From Rozella allomycis CSF55 (lineage: Eukaryota), in NCBI GenBank assembly GCA_000442015.1, contig KE560790.1:1-64000 (forward strand): 64,000 bases of DNA. Reading direction: 5' to 3'. Position 1 is the first letter of the stretch; each line of letters begins with the position of its first letter. The position numbers and the translations under genes were made by a program. The notes under the pieces were generated by a model that was not told the DNA's origin, did not search any database, and saw nothing but the letters and a program-made list of their open reading frames with translations. This document shows positions 38,156 through 49,440 of the stretch, in pieces.

Positions 38156-38859
38156 TTATTCATCCAAAATTTTAGGCTCCATACAAACTTCAAAGTTATT
38201 CATAGTCTTGTTCTTTCTCAACAGGAACATGGGATTTTAATTTTTCTAATGAGCTCATCCATCTAGACTTATCATCTTCAAATACATCGCTTGTCTTTTC
38301 GAGATTATCCAACGCCTTCTGGTAAAAAGTAATTGCTTGCTTCAGGTAAAAGTCCTTCTTTCTCGTATTATCGTCTATTTTGATTTATCTATTTTGGTAC
38401 GATCATAAAAATAGTGGGCTAGCATTGCTCCTCTCGCTAGTAGGTGGCTATTATGATTAAAAGGAGAATAGGCAAGGTGTGATGTTATTTCATCATATGC
38501 CTCACGAAAATTCTTACATTTTATCCTTCTTTCTATTAATTCAAGAAGAATTTCTTGCCTCTCTATTAATACCTGAAAATAATTACATTTTCAAGGTCCG
38601 CAGCAAAGAACATCTGCAATAATCTAATTGAATCTTCGTCGTTTCTACTTGTAAAATCTACATACATCAAATATAACATATATAAAAGAACATTAAAGTT
38701 TACTCTCCAAAATTTATGAGAGATGTAACTGTAGAATGGATATAAAGTCTCGATTAGTAATCTCGATTTTTCTAAATTTCTCTTCATTAAGCAGTCCTCT
38801 AGATCTGCTAATAATACTCTAAATATCTCTTTCGAGGGATTCGTTCTTCTTGTCCTCAT
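38156..38859 (-). CDS. TPR-like protein, tentatively Rrn11/TAF1A-like Pol I factor
   Basis: Spliced ORF contains EILLELI...FREAYDEITSHLAYSPFNHNSHLLARGAML; family similarity judged by eye only. Confidence 0.45.
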
Positions 38860-38931
38860 AGGTATGTGGCTCAGTTTTAGCCAAAGTAATAGTAAAGTCA
38901 ATTTACAATTTATTTTACAAGATATTAAAAA

Positions 38932-39667
38932 TTATTCGAATCCCTTTATCAAAGACAATGCTGGACTAGGGTATAGACTAGGGTCCACTTGTGATTGAAA
39001 GTTTCGGCTTTTTACTAGCATGTGTGCGCTCAAAAGTTCCTCGAGATGACTAACGAATGCTTCGAATTCAAACGGTTTAAATGAGAGTTTGTATTGAAGA
39101 AAGTATAAAAATTCATTCTCCATTTGATTAACTTCCGACAAGGAGAAACATTTGGAGACTAAACACCATGTTTTGTTATCATATGTGTCATCAAAAAGAT
39201 ATTTTGATGATACCATCAAAGATGAAAGCAACAGTCTGTGACCAGATCCATGTGTTCCCCTACATGCAGGATGCATGCCCTTCAACCTATCGAGATAAAA
39301 TAGCGCTAAAACAAGTGTTATTGTCGATAGACGAGTACGACCAAGAATTTCCTTTAAAAATCTAAACAAATTTATCGATTTCACTTTACTTTACAACGGT
39401 CGGCATTTCTTTAATAGACGCTTCGGCCCGTTCGGTTGTTTCCGTACATTCAAACATATTATAAACCAGGCATTCCGTTAGCTCTTATTATTCCAATAAT
39501 TTAACGCTACCGATGAGTTCCATTCTAAAGAAATCTAAACGGGAACCCTTCAATGGGGGTGTGACGAGTCCTGCGGAGGGATTGACCAGACTGGATAATT
39601 CCTCCCTGAAAAATGTCATTAGTACTTGTATCGGAACTGTGTCTGAGTTAAGGGTATGGGACGCCAT
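38932..39667 (-). CDS. Pho85-type (Pcl1/2-like) cyclin (2 introns)
   Basis: TLVLALFYLDRLK, GSGHRLLLSSLMVSSKYLFDDTYDNKTW, FSLSEVNQMENEFL cyclin box. Confidence 0.9.
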
Positions 39668-39917
39668 GGCAAGGTATTAAATTGATTTGTTTAGAAATGG
39701 AAACTAGGGTATCCTCATTTATAAATTTAATCTTGAAACTTATCGGAAGATAATCATGAAATGACCACGGAAATTTAATTATGTTTTTATGATATAGATT
39801 AGTCATATTATGTATTATGCAAGAATGGTACCATATTTGATGCAGCTACGCCACATTACTAAACCAATCAAACACATTTTATTACAACGGATGTACCTTT
39901 CAGTATTATTCAAATTT

Positions 39918-40556
39918 TTATGGATTTTCATGGCTTTCATGCACAGAATAATCAAATTCTGAAGTTAACGAGGCCGAATCGAATAGGCTAGCGTCAAACG
40001 CCTCGCAATCAAAATGAGAAGAGTAACTCGAATCATTAGAATTTCTTCTCGTGTCTGTAATTTCTCTCTCTTCAATGCTCAAAAACGGATCCTTTCTAAG
40101 CCTCATTGCATTTTTGATAGCAAAATCTGAGAGTTCTGGACAAGACACAGTTGAAGCACATCTAGGGGGTAAGTTTCTTGTCCATGTGAAAGGCGAATAT
40201 TTGGGGTCTAAAACAGCGGCAGCAGATTTGTAAAATGCATCAATACGATTTTCTTCACTTGCGTCTAATTCCCCCGGCTGAAGCCCTTTTAACATGCAAT
40301 TTTTTGGGGAGAAAACAACTGTTTCGATCCCATGAGTCTTGAGTCTTTTCTTTAAATCTAAGTTTTCTCTCTGAAGTCTTGATATGGCCTCCTTGGCTGC
40401 GTATAATTGTTCTTGTAATTGGGTATTCAGGTATTCTTGTTCAATTGTCAATTTATCGCAATTCATATACTTTGAAGTATTATTCGAGTAATTCGATGGC
40501 ATTCTGGTCGATTCTACCAATTTTTTAACTGAGCGGCGTGTTTTCGTCATGTGCAT
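39918..40556 (-). CDS. Hypothetical protein with short coiled coil
   Basis: 212-aa intact ORF filling the interval; LQRENLDLKKRL coiled coil; no family recognised. Confidence 0.6.
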   Translation of the reverse strand: MHMTKTRRSVKKLVESTRMPSNYSNNTSKYMNCDKLTIEQEYLNTQLQEQLYAAKEAISRLQRENLDLKKRLKTHGIETVVFSPKNCMLKGLQPGELDASEENRIDAFYKSAAAVLDPKYSPFTWTRNLPPRCASTVSCPELSDFAIKNAMRLRKDPFLSIEEREITDTRRNSNDSSYSSHFDCEAFDASLFDSASLTSEFDYSVHESHENP

Positions 40557-40664
40557 TTAAGTTTGATAAATTTCCAAAAAAGGATTGATGGCATCTATAC
40601 AAAATTTTAATATTAAATTCATAAAAAGGAGTTGATGGATTTATTTTAGTTTAAAATAGTTTAT

Positions 40665-41384
40665 TCAATGCAGCTTTCTTATTTCACTGTCAGGGGCTCT
40701 TGAGGTGTCCCCCCACCATTCAAAAAGAAATGAATGTGCAATTTTCACAAACCAAGGCGTCCAGTGAAATTCAAGGTTAAGGAAAAAAGAAATCATTACC
40801 TTTATCTTCCATCATATCAACTAAGGCATCTTTAGAAACGAAAATAGTCTCACAAACTTCATTCATGTTAATTTCAAATTTTAAATCACTTGAGATTTTT
40901 CCAAATAGTATATAATCAACTTATCAATGCAATCTTTTATACCTACCTTCATGCTCCCCCCAAATGCCATCAGAATCATGTGCTTCATACAGGATGCGGG
41001 TTAAGAAATTTAGATCCGAGGGCTTAATCTGTAAATTTAAAATTTTGATTTTACTCCAGTTATTCCCAGTTCATGCTGCAGCTTTCTGACTGCAGCAGCT
41101 TTGACTCCTTCGACACCATCGATTTCCTCCGGAATATACAATGGATGAGAGCAACAAGTGTTAGTCCAGAGCAATGGAAATGTAACCTTTTCTTTCGCAC
41201 GCCGTTGTAATAATAACTCATCGTTTTCATTGAATAGGAAAACAGAAAACGCTCTGTGTAATCTATTGGGGGTAGATAGGTGATGAGCTTCTTTTTTTGT
41301 AATGCTTCCTATGATTTCATCTTTTTCAGTCACTAAAATGCATTTCTCGCGTATTAAATACTCTTCCTGCTTCGGATCAATCAT
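40665..41384 (-). CDS. IDI1: Isopentenyl-diphosphate delta-isomerase (3 introns, last GT-TG)
   Basis: LHRAFSVFLFN, WTNTCCSHPL, WGEHEVDY, NEV, TPWF, EWW. Confidence 0.95.
40772..40799 (-). other. 28-nt GT-TG intron in IDI1
   Basis: GTAATGATTTCTTTTTTCCTTAACCTTG; contains an in-frame TAA and no AG; removal restores EDKEFHWTPWF. Confidence 0.85.
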
Positions 41385-41468
41385 GGAATTTTCTAAAACT
41401 TGAGATGATACTGATGATACAATTATATTTTTTTCTAATTTAAAAATAGTACACTGAAGCTAGCTTTA

Positions 41469-42162
41469 TTAAATAGTGTACATATCCTTCTTGGAATTAT
41501 GCTTTTGAAATATGAAACGGTCTCGATCATCGCGTTTTACTAATTTTTTCCAAGTGTTTCCAATTTCCAATACTGATGTCTCATCGCTTGCATTTTTAAT
41601 CCAAATAGCGAGACGATACATTCTTGATTGTTGTCTTACTGTTATTACGCAACCGCAAACATTGTCACTGTGTTCAAATAGTGAACCGACGCATGCAAGG
41701 ACCTACGTTTACTAGACAGAAAAAAATTACGGTGGTCACCCAAGCTTCATTAACTCTTGGGTCTTTTCTGATGTTAACGTACCAACGACCTCCATTTTCA
41801 TTTTCTGGGTCTTCCCAGCTGGGCTCTATTCCTTCACGAAAATAATGGTAATTAGTTCCTTCAATTAATTCAAATGGAGGTATAATCGAATTATAAATAC
41901 TATGGTTAGTTGAACATATATAATGGAAAAAAGACCTGAAAACGCAAAATAGATCAAAAAATATGTATACTTACCCCCAAAAGTCTTCGACTGTCTTGAA
42001 AGAAATTATTTTTTTCAAGTTATCTTTCCAGTTTTTGTTATTGGACTTCTGTGGAGGTGAATCATACCAAAGAGTCCATTCACCATGAAGAGGGTGTTTT
42101 ACGTTATAATTTTCCTTGTCTTGAAAGACGGTAACAAGATTATCATCGTAAACAGTTGCCAT
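41469..42162 (-). CDS. EIF4E: Translation initiation factor eIF4E (introns 41900-41974 and one of 28 nt)
   Basis: KHPLHGEWTLWYD, TVEDFWGIYN, FREGIEPSWEDPENENGGRW, RLAIW. Confidence 0.93.
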
Positions 42163-42602
42163 TAAAAAGTGGCGCAGGCCAACCCCTGAAAACCAGAATT
42201 CTTTATCAACGCTTTCATATTATGACAAAAGAATAAGAAAGAGATCAAAATTGATATTTTAGCTTTTTATCCAGTGAATTAGATTCTCATTTCTCTGATT
42301 CCGTCGTTAATTTGGTGTTCTTTTTGCTCAACAATCATTTACACCGTTTTAGGCTTTAGCATCTTAATTCTTTAAATATCTTAAATTTGTAATCGTATTT
42401 TGGCTTCTGGAAATGGGAATTTCATGGAGCGTCAAGACAAATTCCGTTGAATCAAGTTTATTGAAAACTAAACTTAATTTAGAATTTTAAACTTCATTTT
42501 CTATTTCTCACCATTCCCTTCGGTGGAAAAGCTCGATTAAAATGGGAAAAAAGAAGTGGTGCTGCCAGAAACATATGGCAAAACCATCATTATTTAGTTT
42601 AT

Positions 42603-44316
42603 TTAATGTATTCTAATAGCATCATTGATTTTCTTTTGAAGATCTGCTGATATCGCATTATGTTTCTTCGGATTTCTCGGCCATATTTTCGATATTCTCC
42701 CCTTTATAGAATCGAAACTTTCTTTAAACGTGTTTTCCATAGGTCCTTGATCATATACGGTTTTTAGAGCATTTAAAATATTAGGTGATGATTTTTTGGG
42801 ATAGACAGTTGGAAGGCCCTATTTAAGACTTCCAATAAAGTTACACTTTCATTAATGGCAACAACCATCTCACCTGGTAAGCTCATTTTCCCACTACCAG
42901 TAACTGGCGTCTTCATTACGTCCCAAGTAATATTAAAAGATATTTCTTACCTGTCGGTTCCATCAACATATTCGATATAGCATAGTTTTGTAGCAAAACT
43001 CATGGTATCTCTATTTAGTTTCTTCCATGAAAACATTTAATCAAATTTACTTGCAATAAACCTCCGCCCATGCCTAAAGCAAGATTCATGGATGAAAACC
43101 CGGCATCTAAAATGCTCTTCAAAATTTCTTTGGTTTGTTCAAAAGTTACACCGTCACCCTGTATCACGGAGCATTTGTTAAGGACCTCCTTAAGTAATAG
43201 CAAGACACTTACTTTGTAGCCTTTCTTATTAATTGACGCGCCAAATACTTTTTCGGCTGCACGTAGTGCCATTAGAACAACTTCAGAAGGATTACCAGAG
43301 TCCGGTCTTAACACTAATATGCCGCCTTTTTCTAATTTTTTGGAGGCTACAACTGGCAATATATTGTTTAATGCGTTTGCATAGTCGTATGAATCCATAA
43401 CAATAGAGTATATACCACTTCCAAATTTTTCAATCATATTTATAATGGCATCCTTATAAATTTAAGCTTTTTTGTATACCTTTTCGGACTTAAAAGATGT
43501 CATAACAGAATGTTCCGTAGCTGGAATTGAGGTGGCGACAGGCTTTCCATAATTAAGATAAAACTGAGCATAATAAGCAGCACTCATGGTATCGCTACCA
43601 GTAAAATTTAGCTAGGATTGTATAACATGGCGAATTTTACCAAGTGCGCGCAACCGCCATAAATGGATTGTTCTACCGACGTACAACCTCTAAATCCAAA
43701 ATCATGCAATCGACTTTCAATCATGCAGTAAAATTCTTCATCTACGCTTTTTTCAAATGACTCTTCAATCAAATCTTTCATTCTACGCGATAATGTGGCA
43801 ACAGTGGAAGGATACTATTTTAAGTTCACAGCAAAATGCGTACCCAAACCATGGTAAGTATAGTTTCAAGGTACGTCACTAATCTACTATATTCTTTTTC
43901 AGCGGTAATCACAAATACAGGAACATGAGGATAAACAACTGTTCCTTCAGGAAGCGCTTCAATTTTTACGGGAAAGTATCCATCCTTTTCTTTAATAAAC
44001 TAAATAATAACTCTATAGTAAAAATCATTACTTTGAGAAATAAATCTTCTGGAAATGGAAATGAGGTATAATTGGCATTGTGAGTTTTGAAGAATGCACT
44101 GGCCCTTTCTATATCATCAATAGTCCATTTTTTGTTGACATAATTCTCAATGATAAATCTTAGACCATAAAATATAATTCTTTGGTCTTGAACGTCTTTA
44201 TCATACCCACAACGGAATTCTGCGTATGCAACCATTTTCTTTGCATCAGGATATTGTTCTGGATGTGAAACTTTGTAGCTGTCGGTTAGCAAAGGAAATG
44301 GGACATTATAAAACAT
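42603..44316 (-). CDS. NAMPT: Nicotinamide phosphoribosyltransferase (8 introns, one GT-TG)
   Basis: LLTDSYKVSH, WYPSTVAT, LHDFGFRG, SIPATEHS, SIVMDSYD, LRPDSG, IQGDG, GMGGGLLQ. Confidence 0.93.
42924..42950 (-). other. 27-nt GT-TG intron in NAMPT
   Basis: GTAAGAAATATCTTTTAATATTACTTG; read-through hits TAA; removal restores DGTDRDVMKTP...GKMSLPG. Confidence 0.88.
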
Positions 44317-44332
44317 AATGAATTTTACAAGT

Positions 44333-46569
44333 TTATTTCAAAACCGGTATATCTTCAAACAGCTTTAGGCAATTAGGATTTGCTAGAGATCCACTGGGTA
44401 CAACTTTTTGACCAGATATTATACGTTTAACTGCAACCTCCACTTTTTTGCCATTTGTTGTATACTATGTTTTTACAAGATTTTTCTTACTGGAATTTCA
44501 CCAATTGGCAATATAAAAGAGGGAACGTGGCGAGGAGAAAGTTGATTTCTTATCATTAATTTAATTTCATTGATTAGTCTTTCATCTAATTGGCAACCTT
44601 GAGTCATTTTCAGAAATAAGACAACCCGTTCATCAGTATCCTGAGGTCTTTTTTGTCCAACAACAAGACTATCCTCTACTTGAGGAAATTGAGAGACTAT
44701 TATAGTAAAGTATTAAATTTTACTGATAGAATAAATTTCCGCAGAGCCAAAGCGAACACCTGCTGGATTTAAAGTACCATCACTGCAGTAAACGAAATAC
44801 TAATAGGTACCTTCTTCCAAGCATTATTAACCCTTTCGTATCTGGGTTGATATAAATAAAGTCACCATGCATCCAAACTCCGTATGAATTGTCAAAGTAT
44901 GCTTTGCGGTATTTTTCATTGCCCATATCATCCCAAAAAAAGATAGGCATAGAAGGAAAAGACTTAATGCAAACAAGATCTCCACTCTCACCGTACACAG
45001 GTTTTCCTTTTTGACTTAACCTTTTTTTCATACCTTCCGTATTCCATGCTTCAATGGCCATACCCAGGCATCGACATTGAATTTCGCCTTTGTAAACTGG
45101 AAGGTCAACATTGTGTCCAGCGAAAAGAGAAATAATATCCGTACCACCTGTTATTGAACCTAGCAAAACATCGGCTTTAATATTCTGATAAACGTATTCA
45201 AATGTTGACGCAGGTAGAGGGCTTCCTGTGGAGTAAATGTAACGTAAACTATCCAATGAGAACTCTTTAGATATTTCTTTCTTATTTTCTTCCAAAGTTT
45301 GTAAAAATTTAGCGCTAGTGCCAAAGGCGGTTATTTTAAATGCTTGTATCATTTTAAACATTTGCATTTGGTGCGGTTTAAATGGAGAACCGTCATATAG
45401 CACTATAGTAGCTCCTACAGATAACACTGAAATAAGCCAATTCCACATCATCCAACCAGTTGTAGTGTATTGAAAAACAACATCAGCTCGTGTCAAGTTC
45501 CCATGTAACATGTGTTCTTTTTTATGTTGTATTAACGTTCCCTGTTATTACATGTAATTATAGTTACACCAGCTGAATGTACCAAACATTTTGGCTTTCC
45601 TGTAGTGCCGCTAGAATAGAGAATAAACAATGGTTGGTTAAATGGAAGACTCTCAAATTGTAATTTTAATGGCTCATTTGAATTTAAAAAATCATCATAT
45701 GATATTCTTTGCTATTTGGAAAGTCTCTTTACGCATTCTCAATATCGACAAACTCAAATGAGTGAGTTGGGATCCAATTGACAACAACTACTTTTAAAAG
45801 TGTGGGAAGCTCCTTCACTGCAGCTCTGAGCTTTTCTAAATGATCATGTATTTTGTCATTATATGCAACCGCATTCGCAGATATCAACAACTTCGGTTGG
45901 ACTTGGCTGAATCTTTCCAGAACACCCTAGAAAATATATTAAATTCTTTAATACTGTTGTTCCAAAATCAGGAGATGTAGAAGTCCAGATTGCCCCGATT
46001 GATGACGCGGCCAGCATAAAAACAACAGCATGTGGGATATTTGGGATATAGCCTTTTGATCATAAAAAATTGAAATACCCGCAACAACATCCCCTTTCTG
46101 GAGCCCCAGTCTTTTAAATGCCGATGCCGTTTTTTCTACTTCGACATACAACTCTGAATATGAAAGTTTTGTTTCACGTCCTAGCTCATCTAATTGTGAA
46201 TGTCATTTGCAATTTACCGTATGTTATAATAGCTGGATGATTATCATTCCAGTGAATTAAATTCTCTGCATAACTTAACGTGGCCCCTTTAAACCATTCT
46301 GGTAGATCTTTCATAGGAACACTTTCATCGATCGCACGACTCCATTTTCCCAAATGTATTATTTCAGTAAATTTTAAAACTTCTTGCCAAAATAAATTGA
46401 TATTCTTAACGCTCCATTGATATAAATCTTCATACGAAGCAATATTAATTCGATATTTCTCGGAGATCAATCGCTTAAATTGTTGCATTTGAGTATTCGT
46501 TAATTTTGGTTCCCACAAAGGCTTGTTTAAATCAGATTCAGTCTTGTTTTGGTTCATCGAAATAGGCAT
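44333..46569 (-). CDS. AACS: Acetoacetyl-CoA synthetase (9 introns)
   Basis: [59 protein letters not shown]. Confidence 0.94.
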
Positions 46570-46777
46570 GGAGAATGTTTACTAAATTTCCGTGAGGCAA
46601 GCCACACCAATCAATCTTCATCTTATGTTTTACTGTCTAATTACTATTTAAGATTTAAACATTATTTAATTTTGATCACAATCTATAGATGCTAAAACTC
46701 GAGTTTATTTTGATGCTTCACTTCAATGGTGTGTATAGTCTTTTGTTTTGTAAACAAACCTTGCAACGGTCAAAAGA

Positions 46778-48523
46778 ATGAAACATTTTCAATTTAAGAA
46801 ATCGTCACTTATAGTCCCTATACTTTTTGCAATACTTTACATTTGTATCTTTTACAATGTTTCTTCTAAAAAACTAGCACTTGTCAGGATAATTGGTAAT
46901 GATTTGCCTCCTAGACATTCACCTGGTCAAAGTCTTTCTAACCTCAAATTTTTATTGGAGAATGAAGAAGAATTCGCAGACACAGAAAAGATATGGATTA
47001 TTAACAGGATCGTAGACCTTGAAAAAGAAAAGGAAATTATTAGGCTACTTGATCATCACAACAAAACATACTATAGAATACCTTTCGTTATGGAGGAATA
47101 TCAAAATGTAATGTTTAATTATAACAGATTTCACGTACCAGACATAGTTCACAGTAAGGACTTTCAATTGCTTTCCAAAACATTAAAAAACTATGTTTAT
47201 GATGAAATTTATCATTACAAAAATTTATATGCAATGAACAATAACGGTGGACGTCAATTTGCATTAGATGTTGGAAACCAAATAGCAGAATGGACTTTTG
47301 TGTTGGATGGTAATATTTTTCTAACAGAGGAAGCTTTTAATGATATCATGCATGAAATAAAACAATACGGCTCGAAATTCAGATATTTTGTGGTACCAAT
47401 GATTAGACTAACTTCAAATGATCAACTATTAGAACGCAGTGGGCACTGGAAAAGAATTTGGAGAATGAATGCCACTGAAGAACCTCAGATAATCTTTCAT
47501 AAGCGTGCCGCGATGACCTTTAATCCAAATATGAGATATGGAAGAAGGTCTAAAGCTGAATTGCTTTGGAGATTAGGAATCGATTATGGATATTCTAAGA
47601 GAAGAATTTTACCTTGGGAAACAGACATTTCAATAGGCTCAAATAAATTAGCCAAGGAAATAGCTTATGTTTTTAGATTGTTTTCCGGATCTGCAGAACA
47701 AGAAATATCTGGAGGTGGCGGAGCTAGAAATCGTAATAGGCTTTCAGCCATTCAGGCCTTTATTAATGGATTAGACATTAAAGTCATGCAAAAAAGTATT
47801 TCGAACATTTCCCCAAAATATAAATTTCTTCTTTGGGATGAAAATCATTTGTTTAGTGAAAGGATAAAATTTTGGGAAGGAGAAAAGGATAACGCCTTGA
47901 TTACGATTATTGATTATGCTCAAGAAGTTGTAAAATCAAATAAAGAATTGTCAATTGGGAATGATTACACAAAACAATTAAAGGCAGTAGCAATTGCAAG
48001 TTTCTGTACCAACCATAAAATGTTTAACAAATTTGCTTTGAATAACTTTATGAATGGAATTAATTGGATTAACGAGTCTATTCAGAGAAACGAAACATTC
48101 GACAAAATCAACTCCATGTTTTCAATTTTAGAATTGCATGAAGTATTTCGCTTGATACAACCGTTCATGAGTACTGCAGATGAGCATTACTTGGCTTATT
48201 CTTGTAGCATGATTCTTAAGTATTTAAAAGATATGGACATAGAAAATAATTTACCTTCGGCTTTAAACTCTGATGATATGATGTCAATAAACTTGAGTTA
48301 TGATCTTTGGATAACATCATTGTCCTCCATTTCTAATGATTGGTCTGAAATTCATAGAATATTTAGAGACTTACCGTTTCGACATCAAACACATAAAAAT
48401 CATTTTCAAAGTTTGAATCTAAGAAGGCAGTGGAACATTTTAATAGAAATCGGCAAAAGATTTGGTTTTACAATGGAAATTGAAATGAATTGTTTGTACG
48501 ACAACATTGAATTTAGCAACTGA
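46778..48523 (+). CDS. Type II membrane protein with glycosyltransferase-like RIIGNDLPPRH domain (intronless)
   Basis: N-terminal TM; RIIGNDLPPRHSPGQ, KNLYAMNNNGGR, LDGN, EEPQIIFH, MRYGRRSK motifs. Confidence 0.65.
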   Translation: MKHFQFKKSSLIVPILFAILYICIFYNVSSKKLALVRIIGNDLPPRHSPGQSLSNLKFLLENEEEFADTEKIWIINRIVDLEKEKEIIRLLDHHNKTYYRIPFVMEEYQNVMFNYNRFHVPDIVHSKDFQLLSKTLKNYVYDEIYHYKNLYAMNNNGGRQFALDVGNQIAEWTFVLDGNIFLTEEAFNDIMHEIKQYGSKFRYFVVPMIRLTSNDQLLERSGHWKRIWRMNATEEPQIIFHKRAAMTFNPNMRYGRRSKAELLWRLGIDYGYSKRRILPWETDISIGSNKLAKEIAYVFRLFSGSAEQEISGGGGARNRNRLSAIQAFINGLDIKVMQKSISNISPKYKFLLWDENHLFSERIKFWEGEKDNALITIIDYAQEVVKSNKELSIGNDYTKQLKAVAIASFCTNHKMFNKFALNNFMNGINWINESIQRNETFDKINSMFSILELHEVFRLIQPFMSTADEHYLAYSCSMILKYLKDMDIENNLPSALNSDDMMSINLSYDLWITSLSSISNDWSEIHRIFRDLPFRHQTHKNHFQSLNLRRQWNILIEIGKRFGFTMEIEMNCLYDNIEFSN

Positions 48524-48633
48524 TGTGAATAAATTTATGTTTTCTTTGATTTTGTTTTCTACATTATTTGTTCACACACTGTTTAACATTTTTCAGCATT
48601 TTCTCTTTCAATAAAAAGGGAAATTCGTAAATC

Positions 48634-49440
48634 ATGGCATCACATTTAGCCTCTATTTACGGCACTGAAAAAGACAAGTAAAAGATATTTTATCTTTTAA
48701 AAGGGTCAACTGTTCATTCTTTTTTAAAATTGGCGCTTGTAGACACGGTAAATAATTGTCTGAAAAGAAATAGGTGACAGCTGTTCACGCAAACACACAC
48801 GCCCAAACTACAGTTGTACAATGCTGCTTCCGAATTTGTATATTAATCCAGCTCATGATCCTACTTGCACACTTACCAGCGAACAGCAACAGCAACATTT
48901 TAATCTCTTCTACGAGGACCTTTTTGTAGAGCTAGGAAAATATGGAGAAATTGAATTATTGAATATATGTGACAATATTGCTGATCATTTAATCGGGAAT
49001 GTTTATGTTCGTTACGCAGATGAGCTCTCAGCAGGAAAAGCGGTCAAAGATTTAAACAATCGTTGGTACGCTGGTAAAATATAATGATGAATGTTATTTA
49101 AGGAAGGCCTCTTTTTGCGGAACTCTCGCCTGTCACTGATTTTCGTGAAGCGTGCTGCAGACAATATGATATGGGTGAATGCAATAGGGGTGGTTTTTGC
49201 AATTTCATGCATCTGAGAAAACCTGATTCAAAGCTGGAAAAAGAGCTATTTCATGCACAACGTGTTAGCATGCGACTTAAAGAAGAAGAAGAAAATTCAA
49301 AGAAAGAAAAGGGCAAAGAAAAAAGTCGCAGCCGTTCACCAATTAGACGCAGGAGTAAATCTAGAGATCGAAGATCACGTTCAAGAGATAGAGACAGAGA
49401 AAGAAGAAGAAGATCAAGAGACCGACACGATCGTAGATGA
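48634..49440 (+). CDS. U2AF1: Splicing factor U2AF small subunit (3 introns)
   Basis: [60 protein letters not shown] tail. Confidence 0.97.

Noticed and set aside
38677..38703. Possible 27-nt GT-TG intron in the Rrn11-like gene
   Set aside because: It is in frame and stop-free, so splicing is not required; cannot be supported from sequence alone.
39362..39394. Apparent GT-TG intron in the cyclin gene
   Set aside because: A canonical 28-nt GT-AG intron (39362-39389) restores the frame.
42163..42602. Wide spacer with possible RNase P/MRP-like or small spliced ORF signal
   Set aside because: No convincing conserved boxes and no coherent start-to-stop model; unresolved without Rfam or RNA-seq.
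49320..49440. AGA-rich repetitive stretch
   Set aside because: It is the coding RS/RD tail of U2AF1.
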